A stretch of 64,000 nt of DNA from the human T2T-CHM13v2.0 reference genome, Homo sapiens. Made by a program: the position numbers and the translations under genes. The stretch is from NCBI RefSeq assembly GCF_009914755.1, contig NC_060925.1; one strand, written 5' to 3'. This document shows positions 12,306-25,660 of this stretch, piece after piece; position 1 is the first letter of the stretch, and every line of letters starts with the position of its first letter. The notes beneath the pieces were generated by a model that saw nothing but the letters and a program-made list of their open reading frames with translations, did no database searches and was not told the origin of the DNA.

Positions 12306-13450
12306 TGTTTATATTCTTTATCTATTTCTAAATTTAGTTCTAAGTGTTTGGCTTTTAGCCCTTAAGGAAATAACCTTTACTTGAATTATTGTTACAATTT
12401 ATTTTTCAGTTTGATAGTCTGCTTTTAATTTATATTTTAGTGTTTTTGACAATGAAACAACTTAATATATGCCATCAAATATCTTTTCAATCTGAATTTA
12501 TAATCTCAAATATTTGTTTTTGCTGCCTTTTTTCTCCTTAATGGTTTCTTTCTTTTTAAAGCTACTTAGGATTATTCAGTAAAGTAATTATACTTCAAAG
12601 ATGTCAAAGGTCACTACCCTCTAAAGGACAATATATGAGTTTTGGTACAATGTATTAGAGAAAGGTAAAGCATGTTAAAAATGCTACACTATCTCAAGAA
12701 GTTTTGACTTGATTGTATAGTCTAAGAGGAGTAACTAAAGACTCTGTTTTACAGATGCTTAATGTTATTAGTTGCATACATGTTGAAGCAGAGGTTCAAC
12801 ATAACAAATGGTGTTTTAGGAAGCCTATATGCTAGTGACAAAAAGATCTGCCTAAAAATCATAGGCATCTTTGGATCCCTATGCTAGTATAAATGATGGA
12901 ACATACTGCATCACTGAAGACAACAAAAATATTCTAAAGCTAGCCTGAAATCTATCATTCACTCATTCAATAAATATTTATTATGCCTTTACAAAATGGT
13001 CAATATATCTATAACATGTTCATGTTACAAAAATGAAAAAAATTATGGTTCTTGCTTTTAAGGATTTTAAATTCTGGCAGAGCAGCCACTCTGTACACAA
13101 ATAAATTATAATACATCAGGGTAATTCTAATAAGAGATTTATGAACAATTTTCAATTGTTCATAACATAAAGGAGGAAGAAATTAAATAAACCACAGGAA
13201 TTAGACTCTGTTTTGAAGGAAAAAGTGATGTTTCAAATGGATCTCAAAAAATGGGCCATTAATGCAGATCTTTTCCTGGCCACAGACAACTTCCAGGTGG
13301 ATTTTGGAATGAACAATTTCCATGTGTGAGTTTTTGGGAGCAAAAGAATAAGCCACTCTGAGAGTAAATGATTTAATGCTTTGAAGAGTAAGTAGGAGAT
13401 AACGAGGCAGAGAAAGTGACAGCAGATCACCTTTTTAACGATTTTGTTTG

Positions 13451-13754
13451 GGCTGGACGGGGTGGCTCACGCCTGTAATCCCAGCACTTGGGAGGCTGAG
13501 GTGGGCGGATGGCTTGAGCTCAGGAGTTTGAGACCAGTCTGGGCAACATGGCCAGACCCTGCCTCTATAAAAATACAAAAAATTAGCTGGACATGGTGGC
13601 ACTTGCCAGTAGTCCCAGGTACTTGAGAGGCTGAGGTGGGAAGATCACTTGAGCCTAGGAGGCAGAGGTTGCAGTGAGCCTAAATCTCACCACTCACCTC
13701 ACTGCAGCATGGGCGACAGAGTGAGACTCAGTTTCAGAAAAAACAAACAAAAAA
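13451..13754 (+). mobile_element. Alu (AluJ-type), full length
   Basis: Dimeric Alu with A-rich tail; TTGAGCTCAGGAG J-type diagnostic; flanking TTTTGTTTG direct repeat (13442-13450 / 13756-13764). Confidence 0.95.
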
Positions 13755-14343
13755 GTTTTGTTTGTCCTGTACAAGGAGAAGAAGGGTGATAGGCACATGC
13801 CTCTTAGCCCTTCTCACATTCAGGAGCAAAGCCTGCCAGTCTGCTGCTCTTCTCATGGCCACATACCCTGTAGGGTTGGTACCAGAGTGTAAATTCTGTT
13901 AGGTTAACTTCTGTGGTTTGGACAAGAATCCAACTCCTTTCCCCTACATGAGCAGAAATATAGGTTGCTATTTTTTTCAAAAACCTGAAATACCTTGAGG
14001 CCTTTTAATATTCAATTTCAGATATGACTTATGTTAGTTGAACCCTACTATGTGTCAAAAACTTTCCTGGAATCTTCCTCATGTAGTTTATATTGATCAA
14101 AAAGTATCATGCATTTTTACATACTTTTCAGCCAAAAAAAAAAATCTCTCAAACATGGGATTTTCCTTTAGTGGTGCACCAACTACATAGAAATATATAA
14201 TATACTAAGATGTATGACGCACTAAGGCAATTTGACCTCCAGATGTTTTGTTCTAAAGCTGATGTGGCAGAAGGCTGAATGTTGCAGGTCTTGTTGAACA
14301 GTTGGTTTGCAAAGCAAAGTTAAGACTATGGGGAATCTCCCTT

Positions 14344-14380
<37 letters not shown>

Positions 14381-14397
14381 TATGTGCACACACACAC
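14344..14397 (+). repeat. Compound (CT)n(CA)n microsatellite
   Basis: Visible. Confidence 0.9.
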
Positions 14398-17300
14398 TCC
14401 AGACCGAAAACCATTTGCTTCAAAATAAATAATAGGAAAATCAACTACTGACTCTCAGAGGAAATATTGTGTCTTCTTTCAATACCTGAGAAGATTTTCT
14501 CAGAAACTGTGTAGGGTTGGATTGCCGGCCAACTAAATGCAACTGAAAAACTGGAGATGAAATGGGGAAACAGCTAGCAGAAAACATTCACTGGCTCCTC
14601 AAAGCTGGAACCACTTTATATCAATTTTAAATTAAATGTGAAAAAAAAAAGAAAACGGTGCAATATATTTTCTTCTGCTTCATTTCTTTTGCATTGCATT
14701 CTCCTGGGCATTTTGCTATGTAGAAGGGTAATGTGTTTATATGTTTTGGAACTAAGCAGTCATAAAACTGTATAGGCACAGCTTGGAACCACCATCCACA
14801 AATTAGAAAGTTCCCCTAGACTTGCCCATTTTATAAACACTATGTGAAGAGAGAGAAAGAAAAACAAACAAAACTGGAGGAAGGTGGTTTAGGTTTAGTT
14901 TTTTTTCTCCCACTCTTCCCCCATATAATTCCTAAATAGTTTATTTGATAATTATGCACATAGAAATATGATGCAAAATAATGTAAATATGATTTTCATC
15001 ATAAAATGGAAAACTTAAAAAAATTGCCTTTAGCAGTGTCAGCTGGAATTCAATAGACTTTATGCATTTTTGGAATAAAAAACAAATTGTACTCTATTCT
15101 TCATTCTAAAAAGCAAAGACTGAAAGAAGCATCAGTAAACATATTTTTGTTTTGTTTTAAAATACATTTTCTTTTCAGTCAACTAAAGATTTCAGAAGTT
15201 ATTAGTGGTCAGAAGTAAAATGATTTTTTTTCAAAATTTCTTTGATGATATTCTGTATTTTCTAAACAATCTTCTTGCTTTTTGACCCATATAATTCAAG
15301 AAAATATGCTGAGCATTGTTTGTTTGGACAAAGATTCTAATGCTCTGCTTCTGATGTACTCCCAGATTAAGATAGCACGTAATTTGCATCCAAAAATGTA
15401 AAATAAACAAAGCATAAGGCACTGCATGTTGGAAGTGTAACTCCTTCAATAAAACTATGAAAAACTTATTTACTTGCATCAGCAGTAATTTCCTCTAGAT
15501 TGCTGCCTCACCACTGTAGGCACTGCAATTATATTAAATACAACTGTATTAACTGCTGCTTTTGTTTTACATCAGATGAAAACTAAAAAACACAAAAACT
15601 TGAAATAAATATACAAGTAAAAAAATAAGTACAAATTCACTTGCTGTTCTTGCAGGCTATGTTGAATAGGTTTAAAGGCCTAATAGTCTACTAGTACATG
15701 TGCTTCGAGTAGAGATATTCCATATATTGTATTTAGCCAAATTTTGTCATCTAGCCCATCTATCAACAAATGACAAATTAAATTATGGTAAAAAAGAGGA
15801 AATGATTGTGAATACTGGTAAAAGAATAGACGTTAGTAAGTAAGATTGATTTTAATACAATCTATTGAAGATTTAAACATGTTCCAGAATCAGACTATGG
15901 CTGATGCTTGGCACATTGCAGCTACTTAAGAAATATCTGTTGAATGAATGGATAAATTGTATTCATTGCAGAAAATGTCAAAATGCTCCCCAAGGAAAAG
16001 GAAGTACTGCTTAGTATGTTTCTGACCTCAAGCTTCATTTCATAGGGTACTGAGCATGCTTTTAACAGAAAGTAAATGTTCTATAGAAGTTTGGGGTGTA
16101 GGTAGATTGATAACCACCTTTGATGCTCAGCAGGGAACTCATAAATAGTTAAGCATATGCAAATTACTTGAGAGATGTTGGTCTTCATTTGTGGTTTTAG
16201 GTCAGACTAATGATTTTCTTTTTCAAACAGAACCAAATGGATGTGTCAAAGAGGTAAAATTCTTAATGGGAGTGGACATAAATAGTTTCTAACCCACTGC
16301 TAAGGTTACAAATGTCACTGGTAGTTGTCATTATAGTAGAGCAGAGGGTCCTTCATCATTTCAAACACATTTCCATATCCACAGGTAGTCAAATAAGTGA
16401 CCATTACCACATGTAGCAAAAGGACAAACAGATGGTGTTCAGATCATTCATTTTTTGTGTGTCTTACAGGATTCCAGCATTTTAGAAGTCATTAGGAGTC
16501 ATGTGTTTTATATCAACTTATGTAGAAACATTTACGTATATTGAACCCATGCCCTATCACTCATGCCTTTGTTTCCTCCATCTCCTTTTTCCTATTTCCC
16601 AAGTGTGCAAGTGTGAAAGGAAGTATAGATCTTTCTCACTGTAGAGTGATTGAGAAATCTTCCATTAGGATTCCAAATGAGCATGTACTATTAATCTTCT
16701 GGTCTCCCAGCAACCTCCACACATAATAAATAGCACAATCTGTATCACTTGCCAAGGGCCTGTTCCCCCTACTTGAGTCTTCCACAGTTTAACAGTTTTG
16801 CCACAGAATTTGAAGCAGGGTGGTGGCCATATTGACAGAACACAACCAGATTACCCTGGCATCGCCGATTCAGAAATTCCCTATAGTTTTCCCCCAGCAG
16901 AGTTTCAAACAGATTGTAGCCACAATCTAAACAGGCTATGGATATGGCCAAGAAAATGAGCCGGCTGTGCTAGAGTCGATTTTAGGGCTGTTTTGTTGTT
17001 GCTTAGTCATATAGACAAAGCCAGTGAGTGTCATTATACACTGTCCCTTCCCAGTCTGTTGTAATTACCTCACTGCAGCTCACCATAGAAGCAAGTGGTA
17101 AGCTGTTCAGCCCAATCGAACCACACCAATACAACCTGTGATTTTGAATCATTCCAGATATTGCTGAGAATTGTAGGTTTGACAGCTGTGCATGGTAACT
17201 CTAGTGAAGGGGGCCATAGGTTTTTAGAATTAATATAACATTTTTATTTGCAACTCTCTCCCACTCAGCCCTCCAGCACACACCAAAATGATGTTGCTTA

Positions 17301-19249
17301 CAGTGCCCTAAATTGACCTCTTAAGCAGAGTGACTCTAAACCACAAGATTTTCTGGCCCAAATCAAATGTCTCATCTTTTTTTCTAACCATATTCCTGTC
17401 TCAACCAATGTCTTACTCTATTCTTCTCTTTAATTTGGGTTTTCTGGTTAGACTGCTTGACTAAGAATTTAATGAATTTAGACCTGTGAGTGAAATTACC
17501 CACAACTAAGTTCAATTTTCAGCATTCAACTACATCAAAGCCCACTCCCATTTGGCCTTACCTAGCTAAGAAAGGTCTGCTAGGATCAGCCTTAGAGATA
17601 AACAGCTCACTTCACATTTAGGTCCCAGAGAAATTAAGCTACACGAATAACATGTTCACAGGCACTGAGCTAATCATAGCTAAGTGTAGAACTTATTTTT
17701 CTCTTTTCCATGTTTTTCCAATATACAACAAAATTCAGCAAAAAAAAAAAAAAGACTATACGGAAGTTTACTCACATCAATAATATGCATTTCAGTAATC
17801 TGGGATGTTTGAACTAATGCACCATCTGAAAAGCATGACAGAAGCCCACAGCTGTGAGCAAATCAGAGCATGTGAAATCTCCTTACACAGTTTGTTGCCA
17901 CAGGATTTTGTTTTAGTTTGTTAGAAGTTTTGTAGTAATTACTATTTTTTGATGTTCTATCTCTGCTTTATGTGGAAGTACAATACTGTTACATTTGAAA
18001 TGAGTACCCTAAAGCTTGGTTGAATCATCAGTGCATTTATTGCTCCAAACCTCCTTGGTCAAAAGCCTGTATTTAGGCATTATCAATTTACTGAGGCTTA
18101 GAAATGTGTTCTTCAATGCAAAGATCTTAGACACTTAAATTTCTTTCAGTCATGACTAAAAGGCTTCTCCTGTGGTGTGATATAGACAGTAGCTTTCCTT
18201 ACACAAATTTGTCATGTGAACGGATTCTATAGTCTTGCCTCAAAGAAAGTATTCTGAGATTTACATGATGCATGCATTTTTTAATTAACAGCATTTGTTT
18301 ATTATAAGTTACAAGCAACTTTAAACCAATAGTAGATAGTTTGAAATCCCCCTAATCATCAACTAGCATTAGTAACTCATTAGTTACTAATGCGTTACTT
18401 GTCTTAGTTGGAGAAGTAGCCACTAATTCATATTCACTGAGATTCGTAGTGAAGATCTTAACATTAGACCTTAATGTATCTGTGTGAATTATTAGGAGGT
18501 AAACACACTTGCCCTGTGGGTTAAATATAGATACTAAGTCCATTTATTTGCACTAATTCCTCATTCATTCATTTAACAATATTTATTAGTACTCTCTATG
18601 TGCTAGTCGTTCTACTGGTTATTAAAGACGAATACCAAAACAAGAAGTGATCTCTTCCTTCAAGTTACACATTTTCCATTTTTATTATTTGATAACAACT
18701 CATAGATCCGTTCAGGCTGTCTATCTGTGGCTTCTTCATTAGCTTCAGTTCTCACTTTGCCTACTTTTCCATTTTTTTCTATTTTCCTTTAAAACTTTTC
18801 TTTTTATCCAAGAAAGACAAACACAAAATAATAAAAATCAAAACAAAAAATCATAATCTCCAGTTGTCAGATGGGAATCGTTTATTTTGCCAAAGAAGTT
18901 AATGCATTTTTTTCTCAATCTTATGATTTCCTGAAACATTGCCAAGTGCACATTGGATGTACAAGTTTCACTTAGGAAATGGCCAACTATTCCTAGTTTT
19001 CATTCCACACAATATTAATTATTACAGTGCCTGGTATCATGTTTAAATTCACAGATGGCAATGAAATTTAACTCTTTTTAAAAATACATATTCTCCTAAG
19101 TATTAAATTGGTTAAAATTTATTTTCTATTACTCAAGAGGATCTAGCCAATGTACTAAGACTAAAATAAGAAGTAAATAAATAATACTTATGATTTAAAG
19201 GCACAACCTAAATGATTATTATTTGAACATAATATAAATGGTTACCTAG

Positions 19250-20690
19250 AAAATTTGTTAATCATCTGACAAGCCAAAAGAACAATTAGATAAGTCATTA
19301 AAGTGGTTCAATATTTGATCAATGCATAAGTTTGGTACTGTAAAGTATTTTTGATAATGTAAAAAAGTGCCAGCTTTCTTATGTAACAGCAATAGCGAGA
19401 GAGGAAATGCAATAAGAAACTATAATGAGATAAACTTTTATTGCAGAATAAAACAATATATAAAATACTGTATAAAAACTTAGCATTATAAAAGAACATT
19501 TATATGAATGTAAAATAAAAGTTATAATAATTTTTGCCAGGAAGATTAAATATTATAAAAATTTATATTTTCCCCAAGTTAATCTATAAAATTATCTCAA
19601 TAAGAAGCTATAACTCTGTATGACACATTTATAAACATTTGTTTTCTAAGCGTCATTTACAGGAATGGATCTGCAAGAATGCCCAGAATTGACAATAACA
19701 CAGAAACATTTGCCCAGATATTAAAACATACTCTAAAGCTAGAAAAGTTAAAGAACTTGGTATTTGTGATGGAAGAGACAAGTCAGCTGTGGTCCAGTAC
19801 AGAGTCAAAGTATAGTAAATTTGATTTTCCATGTTTGTTGAGAAAGGATGCATTGTTAAACAGATGACAGTGGATCAGCTGGCTATCTACCCAAGAAAAA
19901 TAAAATCTCCGTCATAGCATTCAAAAAGATAAATTCCAGGTACATTGAATATTTACATAAAACATGAAGCAGCAAAATACTAAAAAAAGGCAAATATTTG
20001 AGAATATTAAGGAGTACAAAATAAAACCCAGAAGTCACAAAAGAAAAATATCAGATTTTACTTCAAACATTTTAATCACTTTTGTATGGGAAAAATACAT
20101 TATAAAAAAATTGAAAGGGAATTTATTTATGAATATTATTAACTATAGTTGTCAAACACTTTATATCTTTATTATATCCTACTGCCTACATATGTAACAG
20201 AAAACAAAAAATAAAATATTCCAATACAAATTAAAACATGATATGAAGAGACAATTCAAAGAAGAGACTACAAATGATCATTAAACATATAAAATATGCT
20301 CAAGCTCACTAATACTCAAAGAAAGACAAATTAAAATAGTAGTGATAAATTTCACTATAAGAATGGAAATGGAAAGAAGATATTAATAGAAAAGCGTTAA
20401 TCTTCTAAGTTGGTCCTGACATTTGTTGGTTTATCCATTTGTACTAATATTTATATGAACTTATATTTTAATTAGCAATTCCCCTCATACACTTCATCCA
20501 ACAGAGACTCAAATAAGTCTGCAAAGGATGTTAATTACAGCAATGTTGGCAAAAGTAAAATAAATCGGAAACAATCTAAATACCCATCAGTGGGGGACTA
20601 GTTAAGTAGAGGGATGCATTCATAAAAAAAAGGCAATAAAGACATTATAAAGAAAGTACTCTTTATGTTCTAATATTGAAAGACGACTAT
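19250..20690 (+). mobile_element. Ancient L1M ORF2/3' fragment
   Basis: A-rich; GGAAGATTAAATATTATAAAAATTTATATTTTCCCCAAGTTAATCTATAAA resembles ORF2 GRLNIIKMSILPKLIY; AAACAATCTAAATACCCATCAGTGGGG 3' motif. Confidence 0.75.
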
Positions 20691-20694
20691 TAAA

Positions 20695-20890
20695 TGAGTG
20701 ACTCCAATGAAGCCATGTGAAGCTGAAAAACATCCCAATTGAATCCTGCCTGAATTCCTAATTCACAGTCTTGAGGAAAAAAATAAAAGCATTACTTGAC
20801 ACCCCAAATTAATCTATAAAATTATCTCAATAAAAAGCTATAACCATGTTTCGGGGTGGTTTTTTATATAGCAACAGAAACCCAAATTAG
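20695..20890 (+). mobile_element. MLT1 (MLT1J-like) LTR 3' fragment containing a 48-bp foreign patch
   Basis: CCTGCCTGAATTCCTAATTCACAG...AATAAAA...TTTCGGGGTGGTTTTTTATATAGCAACAGA. Confidence 0.6.
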
Positions 20891-21399
20891 AGACTAAAAT
20901 AGAAAGAGAACAATCTGCTGTTGGACGTATAGATGGAGTAAGGAGATTAGCCTGACTACATTGCGGAGAAGAATAAAGTTGGGATATATAATGTCGGGCA
21001 AAACATTAGGATCTTGAAAACTAGGCAAAAGATACTCTGTGTTCCGAAGAACAGAGAGATACTTGTTACATAGCTAACTCTAAACATCATCATAGTTTTA
21101 GAGACAGAAAGAGATAATTATATTCCCCATCTAGCTGCCTCAACTACAGATCCTTTGTTCCTGGAGACAGAAGGAAAAAAGGATCTCATGAGAAGGGCTC
21201 ATTTCAGCAAAGACAGTGAAAACTTCCACGTTGTTGCATCTCCCAGAGAATGTGAAAGCTCCCCAAATCAAGCAGATGATCAAGAGTCCTTCCGATTCTT
21301 TGATTTTTTTTTTTAGGAGAACAGCTTCCTTTTCCTAAAGTATTTCTCAAATGGCGTGACTAGAGCCCTCAGTATTCTGTTCTCTGTAGTTGCTTTTAG

Positions 21400-21510
21400 C
21401 TTGTCAATGGCCCTTTTAAGTGGGACATCTGGAACTGGACACCATACTCCTACTGTAATGTGGCCTGCATAGGGTGGAGGGTACTGTTACTCCCACAGTC
21501 CTAGTTATTT
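21400..21510 (-). mobile_element. L3/CR1 relic
   Basis: TTTTAAGTGGGACATCTGGAACTGGACACCATACTCC resembles the conserved CR1 RT-region motif. Confidence 0.45.
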
Positions 21511-23205
21511 AGCATGCCAGTTTTCCAAAAATATCTAAATATTAAAGGACAATATTAATGGGATATCTAAATATTAACTAAATAGCTAAATGCTGATAAT
21601 AATAGGGAATACAGAATATCAGAAAACAATATATTCTGTACATATTTTAAAAATTGGTCTCATTATAAAGGTAGCTTAGTCTGCTTCATATAAGCCTGTT
21701 GATAGTCATTTTATTCTTCAGTAGTGTTCAAACAGCATTCTTCCTAGCATGGTTATCCTCTCACAGCAGATTAATTTACTTCTTCCTCTTTCAGAGAAAA
21801 GTTACTTAAGGCACAGCCCTTACATCATTTTCCTTCACTCCACCAAGAAATGTCTTTGAGTTGTTGTCAGGGTCTTTCCTAGTTTTCTCCTCCACCAATC
21901 CCTTAAATTTCACCTAGACTCTGCCCCGTTATGTGTACTGAGACAATCTAACAATCACATTCTTGCTTTTTCCATTTTGCTTTCTATATTGTCATTCTCT
22001 GCCACACCCACCAACACATTCTCTAACTCACTCATGGACCTTATTTCATCAGATGACCATACCTTTTATCTTCATTTCTCCTTCACTGAAACCGTTTCCT
22101 TAGTTTAAAAGTATGTATTTCAGACCCAACTAAACAATTCTTCAAAACACTAAATATCTGTCATCTTTGCCTAGAAATCTACACTTAGAGAAATTAAAAA
22201 CATTTTTACTTGCTAGACCAAAAAGAATAAACAAAACCACACCTGGAATTGTGTTAATGTTAGAGAGAGCATTCAGATAAACGGACTGTCTTTTGTAGAG
22301 TTCTTTTCAAATAGAACGTTAGTTAAGTAAGCTTTCTACCTAGAAAAAAATGAGTTTTTTAAGCACTCTATATTTTTATAGCATTGTGTTTATAAAGGGT
22401 TATTATTATTTATTTATTTAGTGTCCAACCACAAACTCCTATTGAAAAGTGCCATTATGGCCATTTTAAAGATAAATAAATGGAAGATAAGAGAAATGAC
22501 ACTAAGGCCCAACTTTAGTCACAGAATGACTCAATGAAAAAGTGAAGAATAAACTCATTTTCTATTTAAGTTATCTCAAGCCCACCAACACAGGCGTGCT
22601 GGTATCAAACCATATTGCAGGAGGAGAGGGGTAATCTCTTTCTAATTTGCTGACACACACTTCATTAAAAAAATACATTTTCAGCTATCCTTCCAATATT
22701 TCTATGCTGTAGAATTCATCATAGTTAATATGATGGTTAAGGCAGTATAATAAAAGAATCTGAAAATCTAATATAATCCTTATTATCACTATCAAAATAC
22801 TTTGCATTTGTTTACATGAAAGATGATATTACTCTACAAAATCATTTATATATGTGTTATTTCACTTACAGAAATATATTGTCTTTATAAAAATAAAGAT
22901 GTATAGACATTTGGGACATGATTTAAACAAATACAATATTTAAATAAATTAGTTACAATATTTAAATAAATTGGTTAAAATTTTGAATAAGTTAAGGGCT
23001 ATCCATTTAAGTATTTTTCTAACATAGGTCACAAATGAAGATTCTGAAAGAGAAGACAGAATCACTGACAGAAACTGGGAAGAGGTAAATAGTGTTACAG
23101 AGGATACTTTACTAGAAAATGGATAAAGAAAAGAAATAACATGGTCCTTGAGAAGTTGTAAACATAAAGAACCACATCCTTTGGATATAATTGGTAGGAA
23201 ATTTA

Positions 23206-23839
23206 TTTATTTTATTTTATTTTTCCATAAGTTATTGGGGTACAGGTGGTATTTGGTTACATGAGTAAGTTCTTTAGTGGTGATTTGTGAGATTTTGGTG
23301 CACTCATCATCTGAGGAGTATACACTGCACCATATTTGTAATCTTTTATTGCTCGCCCCTCTCCCACTATTCCCCCCAAGTCCCCAAAGTCCACTGTATC
23401 ATTCTTATGCCTTTGCGTCCTCATAAGCTTAGCTCCCACATATCAGTGAGAACATACGATATTTGGTTTTCCATTCCTGAGTTATGTCACTTAGAATAAT
23501 AGTTTCCAGTCTCATCCAGGTCACTGCAAATGTTGTTAATTCATTCCTTTTTATGGCTGCATAGTATTCCATCATATATATATATATATATATGTTTATA
23601 CATATATCACAGTTTCTTTATCCACTTGTTGATTGATGGGCATTTGGGTTGATTCCACAATTTTGCAACTGTGAATTGTCCTGCAATAAGCATGCAAGTA
23701 TATTTTTCAAATAATAACTTTTTTTTCCTCTGGGTAGATACCCAGTAGTGGGACTGCTGGATCAAATGGTGGTCCTAGTTTTAGTTCTTTAAGGAATCTC
23801 CACACTGTTTTCCATGGTGGCTGTACTAGTTTACATTTG
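23206..23839 (-). mobile_element. 5'-truncated L1PB (3' UTR end)
   Basis: CATAAGTTATTGGGGTACAGGTGGTATTTGGTTACATGAGTAAGTTC L1PB 3' end; T-rich tail; 14-bp TSD TGGTAGGAAATTTA (23192-23205) / TGGTGGGAAATTTA (23840-23853). Confidence 0.92.
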
Positions 23840-24294
23840 TGGTGGGAAATTTAGAATCACTACAGTGAAGAAGTTTCAAACACTGTTGCTGCGAATGCCA
23901 TTCTTTCAAGTAAATAGCTTAACCTCGACAGAAGTCAATATTCCCCTTTAAATAAATATCTACTGGGCAGTTTATTTCATGTGAACATGAGAGCAGATAA
24001 TGGTTTAAAAGTGGTTGAAATGTTGAATACCTAAAGTATCGAAAAGAAGCTATTGTAAGAAATGGCATCTCCTTTTACCATTTGGGTTTATTACATTAGC
24101 CATCCATTCAGTATTGTTTAGTGAAGTGCATTGCCCAGTACTTAATCTTGTTTATTCATTCATTTATTTGCATTCACTCTAAGGTTTTCTTTCTGTTCAT
24201 AATTTTGCATCTGTACCAATTAACCAAGTGTTTAGGTGAGAATCAGGGGTCAGCTTAGAAAGCTGAAATATTCTGCAATCTAGCTGGTTAGGCT

Positions 24295-24427
24295 CTAAGC
24301 ATAGAACTGTCTAAGCACAGAACAACTCTTGAATAAAACACAGGTGAAATATAAACATATATAAGATTCACTAAGCATAGAACAACTCTTGAACAAAATG
24401 CAGGTGAAATATAAATAACATATAAGA
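24295..24427 (+). repeat. ~60-bp tandem duplication (2 copies plus a partial)
   Basis: CTAAGCAYAGAACAACTCTTGAAYAAAA..CAGGTGAAATATAAA at 24311 and 24371; partial copy at 24295. Confidence 0.9.
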
Positions 24428-25290
24428 ACTTGCGCTCATATAGGATAGATATAAGAAAAAAGGTACAACAGCAGAGTTGAAGTATGCTTTTCAGTAAAGA
24501 GTCAGTATGATGTTAGTCATGTTTTACCATAGACAATTCCTCATTATCTCTTTGAATTCATCATTTCTTTGAATTTTTCCACATTACATGTATATGTGCA
24601 CATGCATGCATGCAAACACCAAGCTAGTTATTATAAAGATATGCTAAAATATACAAGGACTCAAACACCTTGTGTCCTCAATTTGAATATATCAGGAGAG
24701 ACGAAAGGGGATGTTGATGAGGGCTCAAACCATGGAGACTGTCCAACGTGGACTTGTGATGAGCAGGAGAACCTAGAGCTTGTAGCATCAGGGGTCTGAG
24801 CTTGCTGGAAGTCAGTCAGTAACCTCTGAAATTTTGAATTAGACTATAAGCAGTAAGTTCGTTCTAGTGAGGATAGCCTTCATCAGAAAGCAGAAATCTT
24901 ATATTCTCCCATTCTGTTGCTGATCACTGTGTAACTCTGAGTAAGTCACTCAACTAGATTTCTGTCCTATCTAACTCATAAGGTTTTGACTCCTATGTAT
25001 CACTGTACATTCCCCACATCCAACAGGTCACTCAGTACTGTCATTTATTCCTACATTTTATATTTGATGAGGGCAAGGCCTCCATATTGCAAATGAAGTG
25101 GCTGTAATGGTTGGCAATTAAATTAAAAAGGATAAAATGAGACAAGGATGTCTTAATTCACATTCAAAAATTGTTCTAAGAGCCAAGAAAAAAGCATTAA
25201 TTGTAGCCACAGAAATAATTCACAGCACACACATAGGGCTTAGTTGTGGCAGAGATGGGACATGCCATTTTAAATAATTCAGAGCATCAC

Positions 25291-25660
25291 TTTATTCATT
25301 CATTCATTCATACATTCAACATATAGCTTATTTAGTGTCTTCTATGTGGCATGCTTTGTTTATTCTTGGGAACACTTTATTGAACAGAGCAAAGATTTCT
25401 GACCTCACTGCTTTTACATTCAAGAAGAGGGAGACAGAAAACAAACAATAAACATAATAAATAAGTTATTTAGTGTATTCATAGATAATAAGTGTTAGAC
25501 GGAAAAAGGAAATAAAGTAGGATAGGGAAAAGTGAATCAGGAGTGCCAGGGTTTGCAGGAGGGAGTTAGATTGCCATATTAAATATTGAGGTTAAGGCAG
25601 CATCATTGAAGTGACATTTGAGCAGAAATTCAAAGAAAATTAAGGAATTAGCAGTGAATA
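25291..25660 (-). mobile_element. L2 3' end, left part; interrupted by HERV-H
   Basis: (CATT)n tail followed by typical L2 3' sequence; continues after 31920. Confidence 0.8.

Noticed and set aside
22932-22975. Short tandem duplications (22 bp here; also ~51250-51296, 62862-62905, 9929-9979)
   Set aside because: Ordinary slippage-type duplications with no further structure.
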